A DNA stretch of 64,000 nucleotides from Tubulanus polymorphus (taxonomy: Eukaryota > Animalia > Nemertea). Shown in pieces: positions 63,798 to 64,000 of this stretch. The stretch spans positions 6,657,101 to 6,721,100 of the forward strand of contig NC_134035.1 of the NCBI RefSeq assembly GCF_964204645.1. Reading direction: 5' to 3'. The notes beneath the pieces are model-generated. The model was not told the DNA's origin. It worked only from the letters and a program-made list of their open reading frames with translations, and made no database searches. Numbering within the stretch: the stretch's first letter is position 1; each line of letters opens with the position of its first letter. The position numbers were made by a program, and so were the translations under genes.

Positions 63798-64000
63798 TCG
63801 TATGCTGCACGAAAATGGTTATAGTGGTATTCGAACCCTTTAGCTTATGAATGATAAACCAGATACCCAAGTCCTCGAAATAACGGACAGAAATCAACAT
63901 CCTCTTATTTCAATTTCTCGAGTATTTCGAGTTTGAACATGACACATATGAGCGCTCACTTCAAATCCAAGCGACTTTGGGTGAATTTCGAAGGCCAAAA

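Overview
AT-rich genomic DNA from an invertebrate animal, probably a lophotrochozoan (inferred from the repeat types; the species cannot be determined). Host genes reconstructed by hand from splice signals and reading-frame phase: two CD20/MS4A-like tetraspan genes (771-1319 minus; 16896-17336 plus); a 3-exon His-rich/GYPP-rich orphan gene (6896-12750); glycogen synthase (18505-38285), which has a duplicated, apparently mutually exclusive exon covering the glucose-6-phosphate site plus a candidate cassette exon; a ZC3H4/ZC3H6-like CCCH gene (minus, 40893 to about 54804) with a U12 AT-AC intron; and one acidic exon of a further gene (62038-62256). The most unusual mobile element is a 3.5-kb Polinton/Maverick-like mini element (2850-6342). 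It has a 6-bp TSD, AG...CT ends, 718-bp TIRs whose outer 152 bp fold into hairpins, three small virus-like ORFs, and no polymerase or integrase. Other mobile DNA includes an intact Penelope-like retroelement with hammerhead-ribozyme pLTRs, a degenerate Kolobok (THAP transposase plus KolX), and many MITEs, Helentron-type elements and SINEs. No database searches were run; family calls rest on motifs recognised by eye.
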